Shown here: positions 26,901 to 40,830 of the stretch, piece after piece
Position numbering within the stretch: position 1 is the first letter of the stretch
Layout of the letters: every line of letters starts with the position of its first letter
NCBI GenBank assembly: GCA_964016885.1
Contig: OZ024741.1
Span: 250,294,001-250,358,000, forward strand
Length of the DNA: 64,000 nucleotides
Source: Eledone cirrhosa
Lineage: Eukaryota
Direction: 5' to 3'
Made by a program: the position numbers and the translations under genes
The notes under the pieces: model-generated
What the model was told of the DNA's origin: nothing
The model's input: the letters and a program-made list of their open reading frames with translations, nothing else
The model's database searches: none

Positions 26901-27850
26901 GGGGAGATAATTTCCAGCCAGCCAAGGGGAGATAATTTGTAAAAAAATCAGGGGTAGATAATTTGTAAAAAAAAATCAGGGGGAGATAATTTGTAAAAAA
27001 AATCAGGGGGAGATAATTTGTAAAAAAAATCAGGGGTAGATAATTTCCAGCCGTCCAAGGGGAGATAATTTCCATCCTTCCAAGGGGAGATAATTTCCAG
27101 CCGTCCAAGGGGAGATAATTTCCCGCCAGCCAAGGAGAGATAATATTTAAAAAAATCAGGCGGAGATAATTTGTAAAAAAATCAGGTTGAGATAATTTGT
27201 AAAAAAATCAGGGGGAGATAATTTGTAAAAAAAAAATCAGGGGGAGATAATTTGTAAAAAAAATCAGGGGGAGATAATTTGTAAAAAAAAATCAGGGGAG
27301 ATAATTTGTAAAAAAAAATCAGGGGGAGATAATTTGTAAAAAAAATCAGGGGGAGATAATTTGTAAAAAAAATCAAGGGGAGATAATTTCCAGCCGTCCA
27401 AGGGGAGATAATTTTCAGCCGTCCAAGGAGAGGTAAATTCTAGCCGTCCAAGGAGAGATAATTTCCAGCCGTCCAAGGTGAGATAATTTCCAGCCGTCCA
27501 AGGGGAGATAATTTTTTAAAAAAAATCAGGCGCAGATAAGTTGTAAAAAAAAATCAGGGGGAGATAATTTGTAAAATAAAATCAGGGGGAGATAATTTGT
27601 AAAAAAAATCAAGGGGAGATAATTTCCAGCCGTCCAAGGGAAGATAATTTCCAGCCCTCCAAGGGGCTATAATTTCCAGCGTCCAAGGGGAGATAATTTC
27701 CAGCCAGGGAAGGGGAGATAATTTTTTTTAAAAAATCACTGGGAGATTTGTAAAAAAAATCAGGGGGAGATAATTTGTAAAAAACTCAAGGGGTGATAAT
27801 TTCCAGCCGTCCAAAGAGAGATAATTTCTAGCCGTCCAAGGGGAGATAAT
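24000..27850 (+). repeat. Divergent block related to ~41070-45140 (offset 17.08-17.29 kb) and partly to ~61770-64000
   Basis: ORF pairs 24274/41358, 25042/42125, 26743/44034 and 27182/44473. The private markers TTTAAAGAAAAATCAGACGG (~24551/41635/62328) and CAGCGAAGAGG..ATCATTGGG (~24771/41855/62548) are shared. Confidence 0.85.
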
Positions 27851-30800
27851 TTCCTGCCTTCCAAGGGGAGATAATTTTTAAAAAAATCAGGTGGAGATAA
27901 TTTGTAAAAAAAATCAGTGGAAGATAATTTGTAAAAAGAAAATCAAGGGCAGATAATTTCCAGCCGTCCAAGGGGAGATAATTTCCCGCCAGCCAAGGGA
28001 AGATAATATTTAAAAAAATCAGGGGGAGATAATTTGTAAAAAAAATCAGGGGGAGATAATTTGTAAAAAAAAAATCAGGGGGAGATAATTTGTAAAAAAA
28101 TCAAGGGGAGATAATTTCCAGCCGTCCAAGGGGAGATAATTTTCAGCCGTCCAAGGAGAGGTAATTTCTAGCCGTCCAAGGGGAGATAATTTCCAGCCGT
28201 CCAAGGGGAGATAATTTTTTTTAAAAAATCAGGCGGAGATAATTTGTAAACAAAAATCAGGGGGAGATAATTTGTAAAAAAAAATCAGGGGGAGATAATT
28301 TGTAAAAAAAAATCAGGGGGAGATAATTTGTAAAAAAAATCAAGGGGAGATAATTTCCAGCCGTCCAAGGGGAGGTAATATCTAGCCATCCAAGGGGAGA
28401 TAATTTCCAGCCGTCCAAGGGGAGATAATTTCCAGCCGTCCAAGGGGAGATAATATCCAGCCGTCCAAGGAGACATATTTTCCAGCCGTCCAAGGAGAGG
28501 TAATTTCTAGCCGTCCAAGGGGAGATAAGTTCCTGCCTCCAAGGGGAGATAATTTCCAGCCAGCCAAGGGGAGATAATTTGTAAAAAAATCAGGGGGAGA
28601 TAATTTGTAAAAAAAAAATCAGGGGGAGATAATTTGTAAAAAAATTAGGGGGAGATAATTTGTAAAAAAAAAATCAGGGGGAGATAATTTGTAAAAAAAA
28701 TCAGGGGGAGATAATTTGTAAAAAAAATCAGGGGTAGATAATTTGTAAAAAAAATCAGGGGGAGATAATTTGTAAAAAAAATCAGGGGGAGATAATTTGT
28801 AAAAAAAATCGGGTAGATAATTTTCAGCCCTCCAAGGGGAGATAATTTCCATCCTTCCAAGGGGAGATAATTTCCAGCCGTCCAAGGGGAGATAATTTCC
28901 CGCCAGCCAAGGAGAGATAACATTTAAAAAAATCAGGCGGAGATAATTTGTAAAAAAAATCAGGGGGAGATAATTTGTAAAAAAATCAGGGGGAGATAAT
29001 TTGTAAAAAAAATCAGGGGTAGATAATTTCCAGCCGTCCAAGGGGAGATAATTTCCATCCTTCCAAGGGGAGATAATTTCCAGCCGTCCAAGGGGAGATA
29101 ATGTCCCGCCAGCCAAGGAGAGATAATATTTAAAAAAATCAGGCGGAGATAATTTGTAAAAAAATCAGGCGGAGATAATTTGTAAAAAAAATCAGGGGAA
29201 AAAATTTGTAAAAAAAAATCAGGGGTAGATAATTTGTAAAAAAAAATCAGGGGGAGATAATTTGTAAAAAAAAATCAGGGGGAGATAATTTGTAAAAAAA
29301 TCAAGGGGAGATAATTTCCAGCCGTCCAAGGGGAGATAATTTTCAGCCGTCCAAGGAGAGGTAATTTCTAGCCGTCCAAGGGGAGATAATTTCCAGCCGT
29401 CCAAGGGGAGATAATTTTTTTAAAAAAATCAGGCGGAGATAATTTGTAAACAAAAATCAGGGGGAGATAATTTGTAAAAAAAAATCAGGGGGAGATAATT
29501 TGTAAAAAAAAATCAGGGGGAGATAATTTGTAAAAAAAATCAAGGGGAGATAATTTCCAGCCGTCCAAGGTGAGGTAATATCTAGCCATCCAAGGGGAGA
29601 TAATTTCCAGCCGTCCAAGGGGAGATAATTTCCAGCCGTCCAAGGGGAGATAATATCCAGCCGTCCAAGGAGACATATTTTCCAGCCGTCCAAGGAGACG
29701 TAATTTCTAGCCGTCCAAGGGGAGATAAGTTCCAGCCTCCAAGGGGAGATAATTTCCAGCCAGCCAAGGGGAGATAATTTGTAAAAAAATTAGGCGGAGA
29801 TAATTTGTAAAAAAAAATTAGGGGGAGATAATTTGTAAAAAAAAATCAGGGGGAGATAATTTGTAAAAAAATATCAGGGGGAGATAATTTGTAAAAAAAA
29901 TCAAGGGGAGATAATTTCCAGCCGTCCAAGGGGAGATAATTTTCAGCCGTCCAAGGAGAGGTAATTTCTAGCCGTCCAAGGGGAGATAATTTCCAGCCGT
30001 CCAAGGGGAGATAATTTTTTTAAAAAAATCAGGCGGAGATAATTTGTAAACAAAAATCAGGGGGAGATAATTTGTAAAAAAAAATCAGGGGGAGATAATT
30101 TGTAAAAAAAAATCAGGGGGAGATAATTTATAAAAAAAATCAAGGGGAGATAATTTGTAAAAAAAAATCAGGGGTAGATAATTTGTAAAAAAAAATCAGG
30201 GGGAGATAATTTGTAAAAAAAAAATCAGGGGGAGATAATTTGTAAAAAAATCAAGGGGAGATAATTTCCAGCCGTCCAAGGGGAGATAATTTTCAGCCGT
30301 CCAAGGAGAGGTAATTTCTAGCCAGCCAAGGGGAGATAATTTGTAAAAAAATCAGGGGTAGATAATTTGTAAAAAAAAATCAGGGGGAGATAATTTGTAA
30401 AAAAAATCAGGGGGAGATAATTTGTAAAAAAAATCAGGGGTAGATAATTTCCAGCCGTCCAAGGGGAGATAATTTCCATCCTTCCAAGGGGAGATAATTT
30501 CCAGCCGTCCAAGGGGAGATAATTTCCCGCCAGACAAGGAGAGATAACATTTAAAAAAATCAGGCGGAGATAATTTGTAAAAAAAATCAGGGGGAGATAA
30601 TTTGTAAAAAAATCAGGGGGAGATAATTTGTAAAAAAAATCAGGGGTAGATAATTTCCAGCCGTCCAAGGGGAGATAATTTCCATCCTTCCAAGGGGAGA
30701 TAATTTCCAGCCGTCCAAGGGGAGATAATTTCCCGTCAGCCAAGGAGAGATAATATTTAAAAAAATCAGGCGGAGATAATTTGTAAAAAAAATCAGGGGG

Positions 30801-33800
30801 AGATAATTTGTAAAAAAATCAGGGGGAGATAATTTGTAAAAAAAAATCAGGGGAGATAATTTGTAAAAAAAATCAGGGGGAGATAATTTGTAAAAAAAAA
30901 TCAGGGGTAGATAATTTGTAAAAAAAAATCAGGGGGAGATAATTTGTAAAAAAAAAATCAGGGGGAGATAATTTGTAAAAAAATCAAGGGGAGATAATTT
31001 CCAGCCGTCCAAGGGGAGATAATTTTCAGCCGTCCAAGGAGGTAATTTCTAGCCGTCCAAGGGGAGATAATTTCCAGCCGTCCAAGGGGAGATAATTTTT
31101 TTTAAAAAATCAGGCGGAGATAATTTGTAAACAAAAATCAGGGGGAGATAATTTGTAAAAAAAAATCAGGGGGAGATAATTTGTAAAAAAAAATCAGGGG
31201 GAGATAATTTGTAAAAAAAATCAAGGGGAGATAATTTCCAGCCGTCCAAGGGGAGGTAATATCTAGCCATCCAAGGGGAGATAATTTCCAGCCGTCCAAG
31301 GGGAGATAATTTCCAGCCGTCCAAGGGGAGATAATATCCAGCCGTCCAAGGAGACATATTTTCCAGCCGTCCAAGGAGAGGTAATTTCTAGCCGTCCAAG
31401 GGGAGATAAGTTCCAGCCTCCAAGGGGAGAAAATTTCCAGCCAGCCAAGGGGAGATAATTTGTAAAAAAATCAGGGGGAGATAATTTGTAAAAAAAAAAT
31501 CAGGGGGAGATAATTTGTAAAAAAATCAGGGGGAGATAATTTGTAAAAAAAAAATCAGGGGGAGATAATTTGTAAAAAAAATCAGGGGGAGATAATTTGT
31601 AGAAAAAATCAGGGGTAGATAATTTGTAAAAAAAATCAGGGGGAGATAATTTGTAAAAAAAATCAGGGGTAGATAATTTTCAGCCGTCCAAGGGGAGATA
31701 ATTTCCATCCTTCCAAGGGGAGATAATTTCCAGCCGTCCAAGGGGAGATAATTTTCCGCCAGCCAAGGAGAGATAACATTTAAAAAAATCAGGCGGAGAT
31801 AATTTGTAAAAAAAATCAGGGGGAGATAATTTGTAAAAAAATCAGGAGGAGATAATTTGTAGAAAAAATCAGGGGTAGATAATTTCCAGCCGTCCAAGGG
31901 GAGATAATTTCCATCCTTCCAAGGGGAGATAATTTCCAGCCGTCCAAGGGAAGATAATTTCCCGCCAGCCAAGGAGAGATAATATTTAAAAAAATCAGGC
32001 GGAGATAATTTGTAAAAAAAATCAGGGGGAGATAATTTGTAAAAAAATCAGGGGGAGATAATTTGTAAAAAAAAATCAGGGGGAGATAATTTGTAAAAAA
32101 AATCAGGGGGAGATAATTTGTAAAAAAAAATCAGGGGTAGATAATTTGTAAAAAAAAATCAGGGGGAGATAATTTGTAAAAAAAAAATCAGGGGGAGATA
32201 ATTTGTAAAAAAATCAAGGGGAGATAATTTCCAGCCGTCCAAGGGGAGATAATTTTCAGCCGTCCAAGGAGAGGTAATTTCTAGCCGTCCAAGGGGAGAT
32301 AATTTCCAGCCGTCCAAGGGGAGATAATTTTTTTAAAAAAATCAGGCGGAGATAATTTGTAAACAAAAATCAGGGGGAGATAATTTGTAAAAAAAAATCA
32401 GGGGGAGATAATTTGTAAAAAAAAAATCAGGGGGTGATAATTTGTAAAAAAATCAAGGGGAGATAATTTCCAGCCGTCCAAGGGGAGCTAATTTTCAGCC
32501 GTCCAAGGAGAGGTAATTTCTAGCCGTCCAAGGGGAGATAATTTCCAGCCAGCCAAGGGGAGATAATTTGTAAAAAAATCAGGGGTAGATAATTTGTAAA
32601 AAAAAATCAGGGGGAGATAATTTGTAAAAAAAATCAGGGGGAGATAATTTGTAAAAAAAATCAGGGGTAGATAATTTCCAGCCGTCCAAGGGGAGATAAT
32701 TTCCATCCTTCCAAGGGGAGATAATTTCCAGCCGTCCAAGGGGAGATAATTTGTAAAAAAATCAGGGGGAGATAATTTGTAAAAAAAATCAGGGGTAGAT
32801 AATTTCCAGCCGTCCAAGGGGAGATAATTTCCATCCTTCCAAGGGGAGATAATTTCCAGCCGTCCAAGGGGAGATAATTTCCCGCCAGCCAAGGAGAGAT
32901 AATATTTAAAAAAATCAGGCGGAGATAATTTGTAAAAAAAATCAGGGGGAGATAATTTGTAAAAAAATCAGGGGGAGATAATTTGTAAAAAAAAATCAGG
33001 GGAGATAATTTGTAAAAAAAATCAGGGGGAGATAATTTGTAAAAAAAAATCAGGGGTAGATAATTTGTAAAAAAAAATCAGGGGGAGATAATTTGTAAAA
33101 AAAAAATCAGGGGGAGATAATTTGTAAAAAAATCAAGGGGAGATAATTTCCAGCCGTCCAAGGGGAGATAATTTTCAGCCGTCCAAGGAGGTAATTTCTA
33201 GCCGTCCAAGGGGAGATAATTTCCAGCCGTCCAAGGGGAGATAATTTTTTTAAAAAAATCAGGCGGAGATAATTTGTAAACAAAAATCAGGGGGAGATAA
33301 TTTGTAAAAAAAATCAGGGGGAGATAATTTGTAAAAAAAATCAAGGGGAGATAATTTCCAGCCGTCCAAGGGGAGGTAATATCTAGCCATCCAAGGGGAG
33401 ATAATTTCCAGCCGTCCAAGGGGAGATAATTTCCAGCCGTCCAAGGGGAGATAATATCCAGCCGTCCAAGGAGACATATTTTCCAGCCGTCCAAGGAGAG
33501 GTAATTTCTAGCCGTCCAAGGGGAGATAAGTTCCAGCCTCCAAGGGGAGATAATTTCCAGCCAGCCAAGGGGAGATAATTTGTAAAAAAATCAGGGGGAG
33601 ATAATTTGTAAAAAAAAAATCAGGGGGAGATAATTTGTAAAAAAATCAGGGGGAGATAATTTGTAAAAAAAAAATCAGGGGGAGATAATTTGTAAAAAAA
33701 ATCAGGGGGAGATAATTTGTAGAAAAAATCAGGGGTAGATAATTTGTAAAAAAAATCAGGGGGAGATAATTTGTAAAAAAAATCAGGGGGAGATAATTTG

Positions 33801-34231
33801 TAAAAAAAATCAGGGGTAGATAATTTTCAGCCGTCCAAGGGGAGATAATTTCCATCCTTCCAAGGGGAGATAATTTCCAGCCGTCCAAGGGGAGATAATT
33901 TCCCGCCAGACAAGGAGAGATAACATTTAAAAAAATCAGGCGGAGATAATTTGTAAAAAAAATCAGGGGGAGATAATTTGTAAAAAAATCAGGGGGAGAT
34001 AATTTGTAAAAAAAAATCACGGGGAGATAATTTGTAAAAAAAATCAGGGGGAGATAATTTGTAAAAAAAAATCAGGGGTAGATAATTTGTAAAAAAAAAT
34101 CAGGGGGAGATAATTTGTAAAAAAAAAATCAGGGGGAGATAATTTGTAAAAAAATCAAGGGGAGATAATTTCCAGCCGTCCAAGGGGAGATAATTTTCAG
34201 CCGTCCAAGGAGAGGTAATTTCTAGCCGTCC

Positions 34232-35225
34232 AAGGGGAGATAATTTTTAAAAAAAAATCAGGCGGAGATAATTTGTAAACAAAAATCAGGGGGAGATAAT
34301 TTGTAAAAAAAAATCAGGGGGAGATAATTTGTAAAAAAAAATCAGGGGGAGATAATTTGTAAAAAAAATCAAGGGGAGATAATTTCCAGCCGTCCAAGGG
34401 GAGGTAATATCTAGCCATCCAAGGGGAGATAATTTCCAGCCGTCCAAGGGGAGATAATTTCCAGCCGTCCAAGGGGAGATAATATCCAGCCGTCCAAGGA
34501 GACATATTTTCCAGCCGTCCAAGGAGACGTAATTTCTAGCCGTCCAAGGGGAGATAAGTTCCAGCCTCCAAGGGGAGATAATTTCCAGCCAGCCAAGGGG
34601 AGATAATTTGTAAAAAAATCAGGGGGAGATAATTTGTAAAAAAAAATTAGGGGGAGATAATTTGTAAAAAAAAATCAGGGGGAGATAATTTGTAAAAAAA
34701 AATCAGGGGGAGATAATTTGTAAAAAAAATCAAGGGGAGATAATTTCCAGCCGTCCAAGGGGAGATAATTTTCAGCCGTCCAAGGAGAGGTAAATTCTAG
34801 CCGTCCAAGGAGATATAATTTCCAGCCGTCCAAGGGGAGATAATTTCCAGCCGTCCAAGGGGAGATAATTTTTTTAAAAAAATCAGGCGGAGATAATTTG
34901 TAAACAAAAATCAGGGGGAGATAATTTTAAAAAAAAAATCAGGGGGAGATAATTTGTAAAAAAAAATCAGGGGGAGATAATTTGTAAAAAAAATCAAGGG
35001 GAGATAATTTGCAGCCGTCCAAGGGGAGGTAATATCTAGCCATCCAAGGGGAGATAATTTCCAGCCGTCCAAGGGGAGATAATTTCCAGCCGTCCAAGGG
35101 GAGATAATATCCAGCCGTCCAAGGAGACATATTTTCCAGCCGTCCAAGGAGAGGTAATTTCTAGCCGTCCAAGGGGAGATAAGTTCCAGCCTCCAAGGGG
35201 AGATAATTTCCAGCCAGCCAAGGGG
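34232..35225 (+). repeat. ~625-bp local duplication containing the B9 block (also at ~22930-23930 and ~54925-55920)
   Basis: ORFs 34286/34911 and 54979/55604 differ by 625; ORF ends 23216/23842 differ by 626. Confidence 0.75.
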
Positions 35226-35607
35226 AGATAATTTGTAAAAAAATCAGGGGGGAGATAATTTGTAAAAAAAATCAGGGGGAGATAATTTGAAAAAAAAATC
35301 AGGGGGAGATAATTTGTAAAAAATATCAAGGGGAGATAATTTCCAGCCCTCCAAGGGGCAATAATTTCCAGCCGTGCAAGGGGAGATAATTTCCAGCCGT
35401 CCAAGGGGAGATAATTTCCATCCTTCCAAGGGGAGATAATTTCCAGCCGTCCAAGGGGAGATAATTTCCCGCCAGCCAAGGGAAGATAATTTTTTAAAAA
35501 ATCAGTCGGAGATTGTAAAAAAAATCAGGGGGAGATAATTTGTAAAAAAATCAGGGGGAGATAATTTGTAAAAAAAAAATCAGGGGGAGATAATTTGTAA
35601 AAAAAAA

Positions 35608-38149
35608 TCAGGGGGAGATAATTTGTAAAAAAAAATCAGGGGGAGATAATTTGTAAAAAAAATCAGGGGTAGATAATTTGTAAAAAAAATCAGGGGGAGA
35701 TAATTTGTGAAAAAAATCAGGGGGAGATAATTTGTAAAAAAAATCAAGGGGAGATAATTTGCAGCCGTCCAAGGGGAGATAATTTTCAGCCGTCCAAGGA
35801 GAGATAATTTCTAGCCGTCCAAGGGGAGATAATTTCCAGCCGTCCAAGGGGAGATAATTTCCCGCCAGCCAAGGGAAGATAATATTTAAAAAAATCAGGC
35901 GGAGATAATTTGTAAAAAAAATCAGGGGGAGATAATTTGTAAAAAAATCAGGGGGAGATAATTTGTAAAAAAAAATCAGGGGGAGATAATTTGTAAAAAA
36001 AATCAGGGGGAGATAATTTGTAAAAAAAAATCAGGGGGAGATAATTTGTAAAAAAAATCAAGGGGAGATAATTTCCAGCCGTCCAAGGGGAGATAATTTT
36101 CAACCGTCCAAGGGGAGATAATTTCCCGCCAGCCAAGGGAAGATAATATTTAAAATAATCAGGCGGAGATAATTTGTAAAAAAAATCAGGGGGAGATAAT
36201 TTGTAAAAAAATCAGGGGGAGATAATTTATAAAAAAAAAATCAGGGGGAGATAATTTGCAAAAAAAATCAGGGGGAGATAATTTGTAAAAAAAATCAGGG
36301 CTAGATAATTTGTAAAAAAAAATCAGGGGGAGATAATTTGTAAAAAAAATCAGGGGGAGATAATTTGTAAAAAAAATCAGGGGTAGATAATTTCCAGCCG
36401 TCCAAGGGGAGATAATTTCCATCCTTCCAAGGGGAGATAATTTCCAGCCTTCCAAGGGGAGATAATTTCCCGCCAGCCAAGGAGAGATAATATTTAAAAA
36501 AATCAGGCGGAGATAATTTGTAAAAAAAATCAGGGGGAGATAATTTGTAAAAAAATCAGGGGGAGATAATTTGTAAAAAAAAAATCAGGGGGAGATAATT
36601 TGTAAAAAAAATCAGGGGGAGATAATTTGTAAAAAAAAATCAGGGGTAGATAATTTGTAAAAAAAAATCAGGGGGAGATAATTTGTAAAAAAAAAATCAG
36701 GGGGAGATAATTTGTAAAAAAATCAAGGGGAGATAATTTCCAGCCGTCCAAGGGGAGATAATTTTCAGCCGTCCAAGGAGAGGTAATTTCTAGCCGTCCA
36801 AGGGGAGATAATTTCCAGCCGTCCAAGGGGAGATAATTTTTTAAAAAAAATCAGGCGGAGATAATTTGTAAACAAAAATCAGGGGGAGATAATTTGTAAA
36901 AAAAAATCAGGGGGAGATAATTTGTAAAAAAAATCAGGGGTAGATAATTTGTAAAAAAAATCAGGGGGAGATAATTTGTGAAAAAAATCAGGGGGAGATA
37001 ATTTGTAAAAAAAATCAAGGGGAGATAATTTGCAGCCGTCCAAGGGGAGATAATTTTCAGCCGTCCAAGGAGAGATAATTTCTAGCCGTCCAAGGGGAGA
37101 TAATTTCCAGCCGTCCAAGGGGAGATAATTTCCCGCCAGCCAAGGGAAGATAATATTTAAAAAAATCAGGCGGAGATAATTTGTAAAAAAAATCAGGGGG
37201 AGATAATTTGTAAAAAAATCAGGGGGAGATAATTTGTAAAAAAAAATCAGGGGGAGATAATTTGTAAAAAAAATCAGGGGGAGATAATTTGTAAAAAAAA
37301 ATCAGGGGGAGATAATTTGTAAAAAAAATCAAGGGGAGATAATTTCCAGCCGTCCAAGGGGAGATAATTTTCAACCGTCCAAGGGGAGATAATTTCCCGC
37401 CAGCCAAGGGAAGATAATATTTAAAATAATCAGGCGGAGATAATTTGTAAAAAAAATCAGGGGGAGATAATTTGTAAAAAAATCAGGGGGAGATAATTTG
37501 TAAAAAAAAAATCAGGGGGAGATAATTTGCAAAAAAAATCAGGGGGAGATAATTTGTAAAAAAAATCAGGGCTAGATAATTTGTAAAAAAAAATCAGGGG
37601 GAGATAATTTGTAAAAAAAATCAGGGGGAGATAATTTGTAAAAAAAATCAGGGGTAGATAATTTCCAGCCGTCCAAGGGGAGATAATTTCCATCCTTCCA
37701 AGGGGAGATAATTTCCAGCCTTCCAAGGGGAGATAATTTCCCGCCAGCCAAGGAGAGATAATATTTAAAAAAATCAGGCGGAGATAATTTGTAAAAAAAA
37801 TCAGGGGGAGATAATTTGTAAAAAAATCAGGGGGAGATAATTTGTAAAAAAAAAATCAGGGGGAGATAATTTGTAAAAAAAATCAGGGGGAGATAATTTG
37901 TAAAAAAAAATCAGGGGTAGATAATTTGTAAAAAAAAATCAGGGGGAGATAATTTGTAAAAAAAAAATCAGGGGGAGATAATTTGTAAAAAAATCAAGGG
38001 GAGATAATTTCCAGCCGTCCAAGGGGAGATAATTTTCAGCCGTCCAAGGAGAGGTAATTTCTAGCCGTCCAAGGGGAGATAATTTCCAGCCGTCCAAGGG
38101 GAGATAATTTTTTAAAAAAAATCAGGCGGAGATAATTTGTAAACAAAAA
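35608..38149 (+). repeat. 1271-bp tandem duplication (2 copies)
   Basis: ORF pairs 35608/36879, 35948/37219 and 36186/37457. Shared markers TTTGTGAAAA (~35704/36975), TTTGCAAAA (~36255/37526) and CAGCCTTCC (~36445/37716). Confidence 0.92.
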
Positions 38150-40142
38150 TCAGGGGGAGATAATTTGTAAAAAAAAATCAGGGGGAGATAATTTGTAAAA
38201 AAAAATCAGGGAGATAATTTGTAAAAAAAATCAAGGGGAGATAATTTCCAGCCGTCCAAGGGGAGGTAATATCTAGCCATCCAAGGGGAGATAATTTCCA
38301 GCCGTCCAAGGGGAGATAATTTCCAGCCGTCCAAGGGGAGATAATATCCAGCCGTCCAAGGAGACATATTTTCCAGCCGTGCAAGGAGAGGTAATTTCTA
38401 GCCGTCCAAGGGGAGATAAGTTCCAGCCTCCAAGGGGAGATAATTTCCAGCCAGCCAAGGGGAGATAATTTGTAAAAAAATCAGGGGGAGATAATTTGTA
38501 AAAAAAAATCAGGGGGAGATAATTTGTAAAAAAAAATCAGGGGGAGATAATTTGTAAAATAAATCAAGGGGAGATAATTTCCAGCCGTCCAAGGGGAGAT
38601 AATTTTCAGCCGTCCAAGGAGAGGTAAATTCTAGCCGTCCAAGGAGAGATAATTTCCAGGCGTCCAAGGGGAGATAATTTCCAGCCAGCCAAGGGGAGAT
38701 AATTTGTAAAAAAATCAGGGGTAGATAATTTGTAAAAAAAAATATGGGGGAGATAATTTGTAAAAAAAAATCAGGGGGAGATAATTTGTAAAAAAAATCA
38801 AGGGGAGATAATTTCCAGCCGTCCAAGGGAAGATAATTTTCAGCCGTCCAAGGAGAGGTAATTTCTAGCCGTCCAAGGGGAGATAAGTTCCAGCCTCCAA
38901 GGGGAGATAATTTCCAGCCAGCCAAGGGGAGATAATTTGTAAAAAAATCAGGGGTAGATAATTTGTAAAAAAAAATCAGGGGGAAATAATTTGTAAAAAA
39001 AATCAGGGGGAGATAATTTGTAAAAAAAATCAGGGGTAGATAATTTCCAGCCGTCCAAGGGGAGATAATTTCCATCCTTCCAAGGGGAGATAATTTCCAG
39101 CCGTCCAAGGGGAGATAATTTCCCGCCAGCCAAGGAGAGATAATATTTAAAAAAATCAGGCGGAGATAATTTGTAAAAAAATCAGGTTGAGATAATTTGT
39201 AAAAAAATCAGGGGGAGATAATTTGTAAAAAAAAAATCAGGGGGAGATAATTTGTAAAAAAAATCAGGGGGAGATAATTTGTAAAAAAAAATCAGGGGGA
39301 GATAATTTGTAAAAAAAATCAGGGGGAGATAATTTGTAAAAAAAATCAAGGGGAGATAATTTCCAGCCGTCCAAGGGGAGATAATTTTCAGCCGTCCAAG
39401 GAGAGGTAAATTCTAGCCGTCCAAGGAGAGATAATTTCCAGCCGTCCAAGGTGAGATAATTTCCAGCCGTCCAAGGGGAGATAATTTTTAAAAAAAAATC
39501 AGGCGCAGATAAGTTGTAAAAAAAAATCAGGGGGAGATAATTTGTAAAAAAAAATCAGGGGGAGATAATTTGTAAAAAAAATCAAGGGGAGATAATTTCC
39601 AGCCGTCCAAGGGAAGATAATTTCCAGCCCTCCAAGGGGCTATAATTTCCAGCGTCCAAGGGGAGATAATTTCCAGCCAGGGAAGGGGAGATAATTTTTT
39701 TTTAAAAATCACTGGGAGATTTGTAAAAAAATCAGGGGGAGATAATTTGTAAAAAACTCAAGGGGTGATAATTTCCAGCCGTCCAAAGAGAGATAATTTC
39801 TAGCCGTCCAAGGGGAGATAATTTCCAGCCAAGGGGAGATAATTTCCTGCCTTCCAAGGGGAGATAATTTTTAAAAAAATCAGGTGGAGATAATTTGTAA
39901 AAAAAATCAGTGGAAGATAATTTGTAAAAAGAAAATCAAGGGCAGATAATTTCCAGCCGTCCAAGGGGAGATAATTTCCCGCCAGCCAAGGGAAGAAAAT
40001 ATTTAAAAAAATCAGGGGGAGATAATTTGTAAAAAAAAATCAGGGGGAGATAATTTGTAAAAAAAATCAAGGGGAGATAATTTCCAGCCGTCCAAGGGGA
40101 GATAATTTTCAACCGTCCAAGGGGAGATAATTTCCCGCCAGC

Positions 40143-40830
40143 CAAGGGAAGATAATATTTAAAAAAATCAGGCGGAGATAATTTGTAAAAAAAATCAGGG
40201 GGAGATAATTTGTAAAAAAATCAGGGGGAGATAATTTGTAAAAAAAAAATCAGGGGGAGATAATTTGTAAAAAAAATCAGGGGGAGATAATTTGTAAAAA
40301 AAATCAGGGGTAGATAATTTGTAAAAAAAAATCAGGGGGAGATAATTTGTAAAAAAAATCAGGGGGAGATAATTTGTAAAAAAAATCAGGGGTAGATAGT
40401 TTCCAGCCGTCCAAGGGGAGATAATTTCCATCCTTCCAAGGGGAGATAATTTCCAGCCGTCCAAGGGGAGATAATTTCCCGCCAGCCAAGGAGAGATAAT
40501 ATTTAAAAAAATCAGGCGGAGATAATTTGTAAAAAAAATCAGGGGGAGATAATTTGTAAAAAAATCAGGGGGAGATAATTTGTAAAAAAAAAATCAGGGG
40601 GAGATAATTTGTAAAAAAAATCAGGGGGAGATAATTTGTAAAAAAAATCAGGGCTAGATAATTTGTAAAAAAAAATCAGGGGGAGATAATTTGTAAAAAA
40701 AATCAGGGGGAGATAATTTGTAAAAAAAATCAGGGGTAGATAATTTCCAGCCGTCCAAGGGGAGATAATTTCCATCCTTCCAAGGGGAGATAATTTCCAG
40801 CCGTCCAAGGGGAGATAATTTCCCGCCAGC
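40143..40830 (+). repeat. 344-bp A9B4 (13-monomer) tandem unit; also tandem at ~45460-46150, ~53140-53830 and ~60836-61520
   Basis: ORF pairs 40195/40539, 45513/45857, 53194/53538 and 60888/61232 all differ by 344. Confidence 0.88.
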